DNA from: Pseudoalteromonas translucida KMM 520
GTDB lineage: Bacteria; Pseudomonadota; Gammaproteobacteria; Enterobacterales; Alteromonadaceae
Reading direction: 5' to 3'
NCBI RefSeq assembly: GCF_001465295.1
Contig: NZ_CP011034.1
Coordinates: 3,030,001 to 3,062,000 of the forward strand
Length of the DNA stretch: 32,000 bases
The notes under the pieces were generated by a model, which saw only the letters and a list, made by a program, of their open reading frames with translations, made no database searches and was not told the origin of the DNA. The translations under genes and the position numbers were made by a program. Numbering within the stretch: position 1 is the first letter of the stretch; every line of letters begins with the position of its first letter. Positions 18,111 through 27,782 of this stretch are shown here, piece by piece.

Positions 18111-18452
18111 TTATGCCCCATTTAGCTCTTGTACTATAAACGTTTTGTGCGGACCCGCTGCTGGGGCGCTAGTAATAGAGTGTAAAAATGCCTCAAGAGC
18201 TTTTTTTTCTTTGCTCGTTAACGATAAAGGCTGCAGTATTTTAGATGTTTGTGGTGACAAAGGATCGTTAGGATCTTTATTAAAAACAAAGCCGCCAGCA
18301 TTATAAATATTTAAAACACCTGCAATAGAAGGAAACACGCCATTATGCATCCACGGCTTACTATTCATCACATTTCTTAAGCTGGGAGTTTTAAATTTGC
18401 CTATATCAGTTGCTCGCTGTATGAAGTTAACCGCCTTGATATTGGCACACAT
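18111..18452 (-). pseudogene. C-terminal remnant of a di-haem cytochrome c peroxidase (CCP/MauG family)
   Basis: GKFKTPSLRNV...PWMHNGVF...LNIYNAGG...L(T/S)xxEKKALEAFL matches the conserved C-terminal third of CCPs. No CxxCH haem motif is present. An in-frame TGA lies immediately upstream of the first codon, and only 124 nt separate it from ssb. Confidence 0.65.
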
Positions 18453-18490
18453 TCATCATCATTTATCTAAACTAAGCAGAGTAAGTCCTA

Positions 18491-18522
18491 AAAAATAAAA
18501 AACCCAGCAGTTACGCTGGGTT
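18491..18522 (-). terminator. Rho-independent terminator of ssb
   Basis: An 8-bp stem (18501-18508 AACCCAGC pairs with 18515-18522 GCTGGGTT) with a 6-nt loop. On the minus strand it is followed by TTTTATTTTT (18500-18491). It lies 55 nt after the ssb stop. Confidence 0.6.
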
Positions 18523-18576
18523 TAGATAATATTAAATGCCTAAATTGACACTCTACATTTTTAAATTTGTCTTGAA

Positions 18577-19311
18577 TTAAAAAGGTATGTCGTCATCAAA
18601 ATCAATGGTTGGTTCCATTGGGTTAGACGCGCCGCCTTGTGGAGCATTTTGCGGTTTAGGAGCAAAGCCACCTTGCTGTTGTGGTGCACTACTTTGCTGT
18701 GGTGCAAAACCACCTTGTGGCTGCTGATATTGGTTATTTTGCTGTGGTGCAGGAGCCGACTGTGGCTGTGCTGCTGGTGCAGACTGCTGTTGTGGAGTAT
18801 AACCGCCTTGCTGTTGGTTATTTTGCCCTTGGTTGCTTTGGTAACCACCACTTTGTTGGCCGCCTTGTGATTGATTATTTTGATAACCACCACTTTGCTG
18901 TCCGCCTTGTGATTGATTACCTTGGTAACCACCACTTTGTTGCCCACCTTGCTGGTCGCCACCACGGCTCCCTAACATTTGCATTTGGCCGGTAAAACCA
19001 TCAACTACAATTTCGGTCGTGTATTTTTCTTGACCTTGTGGATCAGTCCATTTACGCGTTTGAAGTTTACCTTCAACATAAATTTGTGAGCCTTTACGGC
19101 AATACTCGCCAACAATTTCTGCTAACTTGCCAAAAAATACCACACGGTGCCACTCAGTTTTATCAACCATTTGGCCAGTGTTTTTGTCTTTGTAGCTATC
19201 TGAAGTTGCTAAGGTGATATTTGCTACACCGTTGCCGTTAGGCATATAACGTACTTCAGGATCTTGTCCTAAATTACCAACCAAAATTACTTTGTTCACA
19301 CCGCGTGCCAT
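18577..19311 (-). CDS. ssb: Single-stranded DNA-binding protein with expanded Q/G-rich linker
   Basis: The N-terminal OB fold [26 protein letters not shown]... is near-identical in pattern to E. coli SSB. Carries the canonical acidic tip [14 protein letters not shown] Shine-Dalgarno 8 nt upstream. Confidence 0.95.
   Translation of the reverse strand: MARGVNKVILVGNLGQDPEVRYMPNGNGVANITLATSDSYKDKNTGQMVDKTEWHRVVFFGKLAEIVGEYCRKGSQIYVEGKLQTRKWTDPQGQEKYTTEIVVDGFTGQMQMLGSRGGDQQGGQQSGGYQGNQSQGGQQSGGYQNNQSQGGQQSGGYQSNQGQNNQQQGGYTPQQQSAPAAQPQSAPAPQQNNQYQQPQGGFAPQQSSAPQQQGGFAPKPQNAPQGGASNPMEPTIDFDDDIPF
18799..18966. repeat. Four tandem 42-nt (14-codon) repeats inside the ssb linker
   Basis: Copies 18841-18882 and 18883-18924 are nearly identical. 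Copies 18925-18966 and 18799-18840 are diverged. They encode [14 protein letters not shown] / [14 protein letters not shown] / [14 protein letters not shown] / [14 protein letters not shown]. Confidence 0.8.
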
Positions 19312-19331
19312 GGAACTATCTCCTATAAACG

Positions 19332-20699
19332 TTAGATTAAACCAGCTACTTTACGTGCTTGGTCTAGGTCAAATTCTTTATCATTAATCTTTAAGTAGCT
19401 GCGGCTTTCGTCGCGCACTACAGTTGCTTCTATTACGCCAGGTAAAGCAACTAACAGAGAAGCAAGCGACTGTGCCTGCTCTTCTGAGTCTAATTTGGTC
19501 ATTAAGCTAATAACTTTACTTTTGGGTGGGACTTGCATTTTCCACGCAATAATAAGCCATATTAACCCAACAAGTGCCGCTGCCGCAAACACCGCTTGCG
19601 TTGTTGTTGTTTGTGCAACATAACCGCCAAGCATACCGCCTAAAAAGGCACCTAAAAACTGGCTAGTAGAATACCCTCCCATGGCAGAGCCTTTTTGGCT
19701 TGCTGGTGCAATACGCGATACTAGCGCTGGCATGGTGGCTTCTAAAAAGTTAAATGCAACAAAATACAACAGCATACAAACAGCAATACCTACAATACTG
19801 TTAACCCATACCGACATAGCCAGCATGCTCAACATTAACAGTATAACGGAGCCAATAAATGCCTGCTTTTCTTTCTCTTTTTTAATGGCGATTATCATAA
19901 TAGGCACCATTAATAAAAAAGCTAAAAATAATACTGGGATATATAAATGCCAGTGATTATCGGCCACTAAGCCATCTTTAATAAGCTGGCTCGGTAACAC
20001 TACAAAAATAGTAGTGAGGGTTAAATGTAATAGTAATACACCCGCATTTAAGCGCGCTAACTGCGGGTGTTTAATTAATTTTTTAATATCGCTAAAGCTG
20101 GCGAGCGTATCGCCTTTAGGGGCTTTATTAACCGCATTAGGCACTAGCATAGTCACTATAAATATGCCGACCATAGCTAATATTGCGGTTAACCAAAATA
20201 CCCCCGAAATACCCCACGAGGCAGCAACGATTGGCCCAAGTAACATAGCAAACGCAAAGCTCATGCCTATGCTCATACCAATAACGGCCATTACTTTAGG
20301 GCGTTGTTCATCGCGGCTTAAATCGGAAGCAAATGCAAGTAATGCACTGGCTATAGCGCCCATGCCTTGTAGCGCACGCCCAACTGTAACCATTTGAATT
20401 GAATCGGCTAATGCAGCTATTACCGAGCCCAGCGCAAACATTAGTAAGCCGCCAACAATAACCTTTTTACGGCCAATTTTATCAGACAGTCGGCCCATAG
20501 GTATTTGCAATACCGCTTGGGTTAACCCGTACGCGCCAATAGCAAAGCCTATCCAGATAGGCGAAAAGCCCTCCAATGATTGGCCATAAATAGCTAATAC
20601 AGGCATCAGCATAAATAAGCCGAGCATTCTAAATGCAAACACACTAGCTAGCGATATAGCTGCGCGTTTTTCTCGTGAATTAAGTGAAGATGCGGTCAT
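19332..20699 (-). CDS. yajR: MFS transporter with C-terminal soluble ~65-aa domain (YajR-like)
   Basis: 455 aa with about 12 TM segments. MFS motif [13 protein letters not shown]. Extra C-terminal domain ...[47 protein letters not shown]. This resembles the architecture and size of E. coli YajR (454 aa, YAM domain). Confidence 0.6.
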   Translation of the reverse strand: MTASSLNSREKRAAISLASVFAFRMLGLFMLMPVLAIYGQSLEGFSPIWIGFAIGAYGLTQAVLQIPMGRLSDKIGRKKVIVGGLLMFALGSVIAALADSIQMVTVGRALQGMGAIASALLAFASDLSRDEQRPKVMAVIGMSIGMSFAFAMLLGPIVAASWGISGVFWLTAILAMVGIFIVTMLVPNAVNKAPKGDTLASFSDIKKLIKHPQLARLNAGVLLLHLTLTTIFVVLPSQLIKDGLVADNHWHLYIPVLFLAFLLMVPIMIIAIKKEKEKQAFIGSVILLMLSMLAMSVWVNSIVGIAVCMLLYFVAFNFLEATMPALVSRIAPASQKGSAMGGYSTSQFLGAFLGGMLGGYVAQTTTTQAVFAAAALVGLIWLIIAWKMQVPPKSKVISLMTKLDSEEQAQSLASLLVALPGVIEATVVRDESRSYLKINDKEFDLDQARKVAGLI

Positions 20700-20860
20700 T
20701 ATTTGCGTGATCTTACTGTGTGGAAAATTTAGGCTGAGATTCTACCATAAGCTTACTAATAATTAATCGTCATAAGTAAGGATTTTTCATTGATCATAGA
20801 TTAATAATGTTACGTATTATGCGATACTGGACAAATAATTTTGGTAATAGACGAGATAGC

Positions 20861-23683
20861 ATGGAAAACATTGAAGTCCGAGGCGCACGCACGCACAATT
20901 TAAAAGACATCAGCCTAACCATCCCACGTGATAAGCTAATTGTTATTACTGGCCTATCTGGTTCGGGTAAGTCTTCGCTTGCATTTGATACTTTGTATGC
21001 AGAGGGTCAGCGTCGTTATGTTGAATCACTTTCTGCGTATGCAAGGCAGTTTTTGTCACTGATGGAAAAACCCGATGTAGATCATATTGAAGGTCTTTCT
21101 CCGGCTATTTCTATTGAGCAAAAGTCAACATCGCACAACCCGCGCTCGACTGTGGGTACGATTACCGAAATTTATGACTATTTACGTTTAATGTTTGCCC
21201 GCGTGGGCGAACCGCGTTGCCCTACTCACGACCTACCGTTAGCCGCACAAACTATTAGCCAAATGGTTGATACCGTTTTAGCTCTGCCTGAGGGCAGTAA
21301 ACTTATGTTGCTTGCACCGGTAATAAAAGAGCGTAAAGGTGAGCATGTTAAGCTCCTTGAGCAACTGGCAAGCCAAGGCTACATTCGTGCCCGTATTGAT
21401 GGCGAAGTATGCGACTTATCGGATCCACCGCCGCTTGATCTACATAAAAAACATACTATAGAAGTAGTTGTAGACCGCTTTAAAGTAAAAGATGGCCAAC
21501 AGCAGCGTTTAGCTGAGTCATTTGAAGCTGCATTAGAAATGTCGGGTGGCGTGGCTAACATAGCTTATATGGATGACAGCAGCGCAGAAGAAATGCTGTT
21601 TTCGGCTAATTTTGCCTGCCCTACTTGTGGCTATGCCATGACCGAATTAGAGCCAAGATTGTTTTCGTTTAACAATCCAGCCGGTGCATGCCAAAGCTGT
21701 GACGGCCTAGGCGTACGCCAATATTTTGATCCAAACCGCGTAGTACAAAACCCTGAACTGAGCTTGGCCGGTGGCGCAATTAAAGGTTGGGATAAACGCA
21801 GTTTTTATTATTACCAAATGCTACAAGCTGTTGCGCAGCATTATAGTTTTGATTTAGATGTGCCATATCAAGATTTAGATAAAGCCTCGCAAAAAATCAT
21901 TTTAGAAGGCTCAGACACTACCAAAATAGCCTTTAGCTACCGTAACGACCGCGGCGATTTAATTACCCGTAATCACGAGTTTGAAGGGGTACTTAATAAT
22001 ATGTACCGTCGCTACCGTGAAACTGAATCAAACTCGGTACGTGAAGAACTAGCAAAATATCAAACCAGCCAGGCCTGCCCTAGCTGTCATGGCTCGCGTT
22101 TACGCCAAGAGTCGCGTCATGTATTTATTGGCCAAACTAACTTACCCACTATTACTCATATGAGTATTGGTGAAGCGATGGACTTTTTTGAAGGGTTAAA
22201 ACTAACCGGACAAAGAGGCCAAATAGCTGAGAAAATATTAAAAGAAATTCGCGACCGTTTATCGTTTTTAATTAACGTGGGTTTAAATTACCTCTCACTC
22301 GATAGAAGTGCCGATACGCTTTCGGGCGGTGAAGCACAACGTATTCGCCTTGCTAGCCAAATTGGTGCAGGCCTAGTGGGTGTTATGTACGTACTGGATG
22401 AGCCATCAATTGGTTTGCATCAGCGCGATAACGACCGATTATTAAAAACATTGGTGCATTTACGCGATTTAGGTAACACAGTCATTGTGGTTGAGCACGA
22501 CGAAGATGCTATTCGCGCAGCTGATCATATTATTGATATTGGCCCGGGCGCAGGTGTACATGGCGGGCATATTATTGCCCAAGGTACTCGCGACGATATT
22601 TTAGCCTGTAAAGAGTCGGTTACTGGGCAGTTTTTATCCGGCGTACGTAAAATTGAAATACCTAAATTACGCCACCCCACTAACGACAAATGGCTAGAGT
22701 TATTTGGCGCTACTGGTAACAACTTAAAAAATGTTGATTTAAAAATTCCATTTGGCTTAATGACCTGTGTAACGGGCGTGTCTGGCTCGGGCAAATCTAC
22801 GCTTATAAACGACACCTTATTTAAGCTTGCGCATACTGAATTAAATGGCGCAACAACTGCCGAAGCTGCTGCGTATAAATCAATTTCAGGGCTTGAGCAT
22901 TTTGATAAAGTGATCGACATTGATCAAAGCCCAATTGGCCGTACACCACGCTCTAATCCAGCTACTTATACTGGTATTTTTACTGGTATTCGTGAGTTAT
23001 TTGCCGGTACGCAAGAGTCGCGCTCTCGTGGTTATAAAGTAGGTCGTTTTAGCTTTAACGTTAAAGGCGGACGCTGTGAAGCCTGCCAAGGCGATGGCGT
23101 AATTAAGGTAGAAATGCACTTTTTACCCGATGTGTACGTGCCGTGCGACGTATGTAAGGGTAAACGCTATAATCGCGAAACCCTTGAAGTACTGTATAAG
23201 GGTAAAAATATTCATCAAGTACTCGACATGACAGTGGAAGATGCCCACGACTACTTTGATAAAATACCAGTCATTGCACGCAAGCTTAAAACCCTGAAGG
23301 ATGTAGGTTTATCGTATATTCGTTTAGGCCAAGCAGCTACAACGCTTTCGGGCGGTGAAGCACAGCGAGTTAAATTAGCCCGTGAGCTGTCAAAACGCGA
23401 TACCGGTAAAACGCTATACATACTTGATGAACCAACAACCGGCTTACACTTTGCCGATATAGAGCAGCTACTTGTTGTACTGCACCGACTGCGCGATCAC
23501 GGCAATACTATTGTTGTTATAGAACATAACCTTGATGTAATAAAAACCGCCGATTGGGTTATCGATTTAGGCCCTGAAGGCGGGGCTGGTGGTGGTGAAA
23601 TACTCATTGCAGGTACGCCTGAGCAAGTAGGCGAATGTGAGCGCTCGCATACTGGCCGCTATTTAAAAGAACTGCTTAAATAG
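20861..23683 (+). CDS. uvrA: Excinuclease ABC subunit UvrA
   Basis: [19 protein letters not shown] matches the E. coli UvrA N-terminus. The ATG at 20861 gives 940 aa. Two ABC modules ([18 protein letters not shown], two LSGGEAQR signatures) and zinc-finger Cys clusters. The track start at 20807 is probably too far upstream. Confidence 0.97.
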   Translation: MENIEVRGARTHNLKDISLTIPRDKLIVITGLSGSGKSSLAFDTLYAEGQRRYVESLSAYARQFLSLMEKPDVDHIEGLSPAISIEQKSTSHNPRSTVGTITEIYDYLRLMFARVGEPRCPTHDLPLAAQTISQMVDTVLALPEGSKLMLLAPVIKERKGEHVKLLEQLASQGYIRARIDGEVCDLSDPPPLDLHKKHTIEVVVDRFKVKDGQQQRLAESFEAALEMSGGVANIAYMDDSSAEEMLFSANFACPTCGYAMTELEPRLFSFNNPAGACQSCDGLGVRQYFDPNRVVQNPELSLAGGAIKGWDKRSFYYYQMLQAVAQHYSFDLDVPYQDLDKASQKIILEGSDTTKIAFSYRNDRGDLITRNHEFEGVLNNMYRRYRETESNSVREELAKYQTSQACPSCHGSRLRQESRHVFIGQTNLPTITHMSIGEAMDFFEGLKLTGQRGQIAEKILKEIRDRLSFLINVGLNYLSLDRSADTLSGGEAQRIRLASQIGAGLVGVMYVLDEPSIGLHQRDNDRLLKTLVHLRDLGNTVIVVEHDEDAIRAADHIIDIGPGAGVHGGHIIAQGTRDDILACKESVTGQFLSGVRKIEIPKLRHPTNDKWLELFGATGNNLKNVDLKIPFGLMTCVTGVSGSGKSTLINDTLFKLAHTELNGATTAEAAAYKSISGLEHFDKVIDIDQSPIGRTPRSNPATYTGIFTGIRELFAGTQESRSRGYKVGRFSFNVKGGRCEACQGDGVIKVEMHFLPDVYVPCDVCKGKRYNRETLEVLYKGKNIHQVLDMTVEDAHDYFDKIPVIARKLKTLKDVGLSYIRLGQAATTLSGGEAQRVKLARELSKRDTGKTLYILDEPTTGLHFADIEQLLVVLHRLRDHGNTIVVIEHNLDVIKTADWVIDLGPEGGAGGGEILIAGTPEQVGECERSHTGRYLKELLK

Positions 23684-23771
23684 CGAGTGCTGCTTAGCTG
23701 AGTAGCTATTCATTTGTTTGTGTACTTGGTGGTTAACTTCTTTTATTAACCGCCAAATACACTAATAAAAC

Positions 23772-23805
23772 AAAAATGCCGCTTTATAAATAAAGCGGCA
23801 TTTTT
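23772..23805. terminator. Bidirectional rho-independent terminator shared by the convergent uvrA and trpS genes
   Basis: AAAAATGCCGCTTTA-TAAA-TAAAGCGGCATTTTT forms a perfect 15-bp stem (GC core TGCCGC) flanked by an A-run and a T-run. Confidence 0.7.
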
Positions 23806-23829
23806 ATTGGTCATTTTAACTAGCAAGGT

Positions 23830-24834
23830 TTAGCCGCGAGGAATAAAACCGAGTGCATCGTACACAGTTTTTAACGTACCTTCGGCTTGGCTACTGGCTT
23901 TTTCTGCGCCACGCTTCATGATGTTATTAAGGAGTGTTTGATCTTCTCTAATCTCTTTAAAGCGCGCTTGAATTGGCTCAATCATTGCCACTACAGCATC
24001 TGCTGTGTCTTTTTTCAGATGGCCATACATTTTGTCTTCGTACTCTGGCACTAAATCTTCAATAGAACGTTTAGTTGCCACACTTAACAAAGTGAGTAAG
24101 TTTGACACTCCGGGCTTTTCAGCTCGGTCAAAGTAAATACGCGCTTGTTCGTCTGAATCGGTAACTGCTTTTTTCAGTTTTTTCTCAATCTTTTTTGGCT
24201 CATCTAACATCATAATAAAACCATTTAGATTTTCATCCGACTTAGACATTTTTTTCAGCGGATCCTGCAAACTCATTACTCGCGCGCCAAACTCTGGAAT
24301 ATACGCTTGAGGTATTTTAAACACTTCGCCATACAGGTTGTTAAAGCGTGTTGCGATATCGCGGGTTAGTTCCAGGTGTTGCTTTTGGTCTTCCCCTACC
24401 GGCACTTGCTCTGCTTGGTATAATAAAATATCGGCCGCTTGTAATACTGGGTAAGCAAATAAGCCCACGTTAATATTGTGCGCGTGCGTTGCCGACTTAT
24501 CTTTAAACTGGGTCATACGATTAAGTTCGCCCATTTGTGCATAACAATTTAATACCCAAGCAAGTTGTGCATGCTCTGGTACTTGCGATTGCACAAATAA
24601 CGCGGCTTTTTCTGGGTTAATACCACAAGCAGTATAAAGCGCTACACCATCTAAAACGCGTGAGCGAAGTAATTCTGGGTCTTGGCGCACAGTTACTGCG
24701 TGAAGATCTGCAAGCATAAAGTAGCTATCATAGTCTTCCTGTAACTTTAGCCACTGGTTAATAGCGCCAACATAGTTGCCTATTGTCATACCACCGGTTG
24801 GCTGAACGCCACTTAAAACTACTGGTTTACTCAT
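23830..24834 (-). CDS. trpS: Tryptophan--tRNA ligase
   Basis: 334 aa. [17 protein letters not shown] corresponds to E. coli QPSGELTIGNYMGA. KMSKS motif present. Confidence 0.95.
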   Translation of the reverse strand: MSKPVVLSGVQPTGGMTIGNYVGAINQWLKLQEDYDSYFMLADLHAVTVRQDPELLRSRVLDGVALYTACGINPEKAALFVQSQVPEHAQLAWVLNCYAQMGELNRMTQFKDKSATHAHNINVGLFAYPVLQAADILLYQAEQVPVGEDQKQHLELTRDIATRFNNLYGEVFKIPQAYIPEFGARVMSLQDPLKKMSKSDENLNGFIMMLDEPKKIEKKLKKAVTDSDEQARIYFDRAEKPGVSNLLTLLSVATKRSIEDLVPEYEDKMYGHLKKDTADAVVAMIEPIQARFKEIREDQTLLNNIMKRGAEKASSQAEGTLKTVYDALGFIPRG

Positions 24835-24866
24835 GATTTTCCTTTATTTTGCTTAATTAACAGCAC

Positions 24867-25532
24867 TTAGCGCTGTGTAAGAACAGGTATTATATCTAAG
24901 AAGTTATCGCATAGGTACTGTGGATTATAGTCCTTAAGGTTTTCACCTTGATTATAACCATAGCTCAGCGCAATAACGTCAATTTTAGCTGCATTGGCAG
25001 CTAGTATATCGCTTTTAGAGTCGCCAATCATAATCGCTTTGCTGGGCTCAACATTTAGTTTTTTACAGGCAAATAACAACGGCTCTGCTGATGGTTTTTT
25101 AGCTATGTCATCACCACAAATTATTAGCTCAAAATGACTCGTTAACGCTAACTTATCCAGTAATTTTTCGGTAAATAAACGATCTTTATTAGTGATCAAT
25201 GCTTTGGGCATATCACGTAGGGCTGCAAGTCCAGTTTCAACATGCTGGTAAAGTACGCTATATTCACCTACTTGCTGTTCATAATGTTGGTAAAATAATG
25301 AAAATGCTTTATCGCTAAGTGTTTTATCTAAATGCTCACTTATTTGCATTTCGCCACTCAGTGCGCGTTTTACTAATACTTCTATACCATTGCCAACCCA
25401 GCTTTCTACTAAGCGCTGGCTAACAATCGGAAATGCTAAGTCGCTCAAAGTAAGATTAAGTGCTATGTATAAATCGTATACACTATCTACTAAGGTACCA
25501 TCTAAATCAAACAGGGCTAGGTCGTACTTCAT
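24867..25532 (-). CDS. gph: Phosphoglycolate phosphatase (HAD superfamily)
   Basis: HAD motif I FDLDGTLVDS and motif IV GDSKSD. Conserved position between rpe and trpS. TAATG overlap with the rpe stop. Confidence 0.85.
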   Translation of the reverse strand: MKYDLALFDLDGTLVDSVYDLYIALNLTLSDLAFPIVSQRLVESWVGNGIEVLVKRALSGEMQISEHLDKTLSDKAFSLFYQHYEQQVGEYSVLYQHVETGLAALRDMPKALITNKDRLFTEKLLDKLALTSHFELIICGDDIAKKPSAEPLLFACKKLNVEPSKAIMIGDSKSDILAANAAKIDVIALSYGYNQGENLKDYNPQYLCDNFLDIIPVLTQR

Positions 25533-26215
25533 TATTTAACACTTCCTAGTTGCTCACGCATTTGATCGATAACTACTTGGTAATTTGGCTGGTTAAAAAT
25601 GGCTGATCCCGCTACAAACATATCAGCTCCCGCCTCTGCAGCAGCGGCAATATTATCAACTTTTATTCCGCCATCAACTTCTAAGCGTATATTGCGACCC
25701 GATTCTACAATACGTTGTTTTGCTTGGCGTAGTTTTTCTAAAGTATGCGGAATAAAGCTTTGCCCACCAAACCCCGGATTAACCGACATAATTAAAATAA
25801 TATCAATTTTATCCATCACATGATCAAGAAAGCTCAAGCTAGTACCTGGATTAAACACTAAACCAGCTTGGCAGCCATGATCTTTTATTAATTGTAATGT
25901 GCGGTCAATATGCTCACTGGCTTCTGGATGAAAAGTAATAATTGAAGCGCCGGCCTCGGCAAACTGAGGAATAAGGCTATCAACCGGTTTAACCATTAAA
26001 TGCACATCAATAGGCGCTTTAATGCCGTAATTTCTAAGCGCTTTACACACCATAGGGCCAATAGTTAAGTTAGGCACATAGTGATTATCCATCACGTCAA
26101 AGTGAACCACATCGGCACCCGCAGCAAGTACGCTATCAACATCTTCGCCTAGTTTAGCGAAATCAGCAGATAAAATAGAAGGGGCTATTAAGTATTTTTT
26201 TTCTGGGTTCAACAT
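25532..26215 (-). CDS. rpe: Ribulose-phosphate 3-epimerase
   Basis: [15 protein letters not shown]...[14 protein letters not shown]...[13 protein letters not shown]...VDGG are hallmark Rpe motifs. Confidence 0.95.
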   Translation of the reverse strand: MLNPEKKYLIAPSILSADFAKLGEDVDSVLAAGADVVHFDVMDNHYVPNLTIGPMVCKALRNYGIKAPIDVHLMVKPVDSLIPQFAEAGASIITFHPEASEHIDRTLQLIKDHGCQAGLVFNPGTSLSFLDHVMDKIDIILIMSVNPGFGGQSFIPHTLEKLRQAKQRIVESGRNIRLEVDGGIKVDNIAAAAEAGADMFVAGSAIFNQPNYQVVIDQMREQLGSVK

Positions 26216-26301
26216 AGTTAATCCGACAATGAATAATATATTGCGTTAATGTAACTTAATTAATGATGTTACCCAAGTAATCGTGACAAATATAATGACT
26301 T

Positions 26302-26340
26302 AATAAAAATAAAGATTATTGATAAGCCTTTATTTTTATT
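26302..26340. repeat. Perfect 13-bp A/T-rich inverted repeat with 13-nt spacer
   Basis: AATAAAAATAAAG (26302-26314) and CTTTATTTTTATT (26328-26340) are exact reverse complements. They lie in the divergent spacer between rpe and the small plus-strand genes. Confidence 0.6.
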
Positions 26341-26430
26341 CGACTTTAGAAGCTAACGCTAAAATTTAAGTTTGTTATTTAAGCAATTTTTGTTATGCTT
26401 AAAAAAGGATCAAATTATTAGGTTTAAATC

Positions 26431-26727
26431 ATGCGGGCTTTTAAAACAGGGATATTAATGGCGTCGCCATTTCTGTTTGTTGGAGCGTTAAATTTTATCT
26501 CAAGTTCTGAGCAAGATTTAACGGCAATTAACAATTGTCAGCAAAAACAAACAACCACTACAGATACAGCTGTAAGTGCTTGCCTTAAAATAGCAGATGA
26601 ATCGTCTTGGTCTTCATGGATAACAGGCGACAGCCGCAGTGCACAGTTTCATTATTTAGATTTATTAGAGTTACTTACAAGCTCTGGTGATGCTAAAAAG
26701 CTTCCCTCTTTAAAACCATCATTTTAA
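26431..26727 (+). CDS. Hypothetical small exported protein (98 aa, two Cys)
   Basis: N-terminal hydrophobic segment GILMASPFLFVGALNFISS. AGGT lies 9 nt before the ATG. Its stop is 2 nt before the next ATG. No family recognised. Confidence 0.4.
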   Translation: MRAFKTGILMASPFLFVGALNFISSSEQDLTAINNCQQKQTTTTDTAVSACLKIADESSWSSWITGDSRSAQFHYLDLLELLTSSGDAKKLPSLKPSF

Positions 26728-26729
26728 AC

Positions 26730-26915
26730 ATGCGACAATTTTTTAGCGCCTTACAAAGTGTACTTGCTGCATTTTTTGGGGTGCAATCTAACCATAAACG
26801 CCACGCAGATTTTAAACACCACTCACCAGTTAGCATTATCATAATAGCTATTTTGCTTTTTATTGTTTTTATTATTTCGATTTACGCGATTGTTGTTTCG
26901 GTGCTAAGTACATAG
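26730..26915 (+). CDS. Small membrane protein, DUF2970-like
   Basis: 61 aa. The N-terminal SVLAAFFGVQSNHKRHADF plus a single C-terminal TM resembles the DUF2970 pattern as I recall it. Appears translationally coupled to the upstream ORF. Confidence 0.45.
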   Translation: MRQFFSALQSVLAAFFGVQSNHKRHADFKHHSPVSIIIIAILLFIVFIISIYAIVVSVLST

Positions 26916-27729
26916 CCATTAGCTCGCTCACTTTATTACGCGATCCGCCTTTGGGGCTAATAGTACGCTTTACCTGAATTTGATCTAATGTGGCTTGGCT
27001 ATAAATTTTACGCGTCCATACCGTATCATGGTTAGAGATAAGCACTGGAGTATCGTTTTCAAACGCCGCTTGCTCGGCTAAATTAGCTAAATTGGCTTGA
27101 TCATCTAAATTAAAACCGCCCTTCGCATACGAAGTAAACGAGGCTGTTTTACTTAAAGGTACATACGGTGGATCACAATAAATAACTGCATTTTTAGGTA
27201 CTAGTTTAAAAATGTCATCGTAATCAAGGCAGGTAAAAGTAGCCTGTTGCGCTTTTTTAGCAAAAAAGTACATTTCTTTTTCGGGAAAATAAGGTTTTTT
27301 ATATTTACCAAAGGGAACATTAAAAATACCCTTTAAGTTATACCTACAAAGCCCGTTATAACCGTGTCTATTCATATATAAAAACAGCATTGCGCGTTCG
27401 TATATATCGCTACTTTGATTAAATTGCACGCGGTATTCGTAGTAAGCGTCGGGGTGATTATTTAAATCCACAAACAGCTTTTTAGCATCACTTATAAACT
27501 CATCGGGCGAGTTTTTAAGTTCTTTGTATAAATTAATTAAATCGGCATTAATATCATTAAGAATGTAGTGTTTAAAATCGCTATTTAAAAACACTGAGCC
27601 GGCACCAACAAAAGGTTCAACCAAAGTATCAGCCTGCTGGCTAGCTTGCTTTAATCGCGCGTTAATATCTTCAACTAGACTGTATTTTCCGCCAGCCCAT
27701 TTAAGGAAGGCTCTACTCTTTTGCTGCAT
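26872..27729 (-). CDS. dam: DNA adenine methyltransferase (GATC)
   Basis: FLKWAGGKYSL, AdoMet motif EPFVGAGSVF, and catalytic DPPY in YCDPPYVPLS. The C-terminal tail parallels E. coli Dam. Confidence 0.95.
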   Translation of the reverse strand: MQQKSRAFLKWAGGKYSLVEDINARLKQASQQADTLVEPFVGAGSVFLNSDFKHYILNDINADLINLYKELKNSPDEFISDAKKLFVDLNNHPDAYYEYRVQFNQSSDIYERAMLFLYMNRHGYNGLCRYNLKGIFNVPFGKYKKPYFPEKEMYFFAKKAQQATFTCLDYDDIFKLVPKNAVIYCDPPYVPLSKTASFTSYAKGGFNLDDQANLANLAEQAAFENDTPVLISNHDTVWTRKIYSQATLDQIQVKRTISPKGGSRNKVSELMAMYLAPKQQSRKSK

Positions 27730-27782
27730 TGGCTCTTTACTTCAATCTGGTGTTGCGCGATTTTACACTAAAGTTGCTTAGT

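Noticed and set aside
18561-18995. Three ORFs overlapping ssb (18561..18965 minus, 18637..18870 plus, 18681..18995 plus), 77-134 aa
   Set aside because: They lie entirely within the Q/G-rich tandem-repeat part of ssb. Their repetitive sequences (VVVTK..., LLWC...) are alternative-frame readings of the same repeat. ssb itself is unambiguous.
20014-20397. 127-aa plus-strand ORF antisense to the MFS transporter. Similar antisense ORFs lie at 19681..19956, 22525..22920 (in uvrA), 29091..29405 and 29889..30083 (in aroB), 30220..30612 (in aroK), 9399..9725 and 10185..10418 (in mshN), 25599..25823 (in rpe), and others inside msh genes
   Set aside because: Each lies fully inside a strongly supported gene on the other strand. 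They have no recognisable motifs and the skewed Ser/Arg/Cys/Leu composition typical of antisense frames.
20714-20733. Possible LexA (SOS) box TACTGTGTGGAAAATTTAGG upstream of uvrA/yajR
   Set aside because: Only the left half-site (CTGT) fits. The right half reads TTTAGG, with TAG one position out of register instead of CAG, so CTG-N10-CAG is not satisfied.
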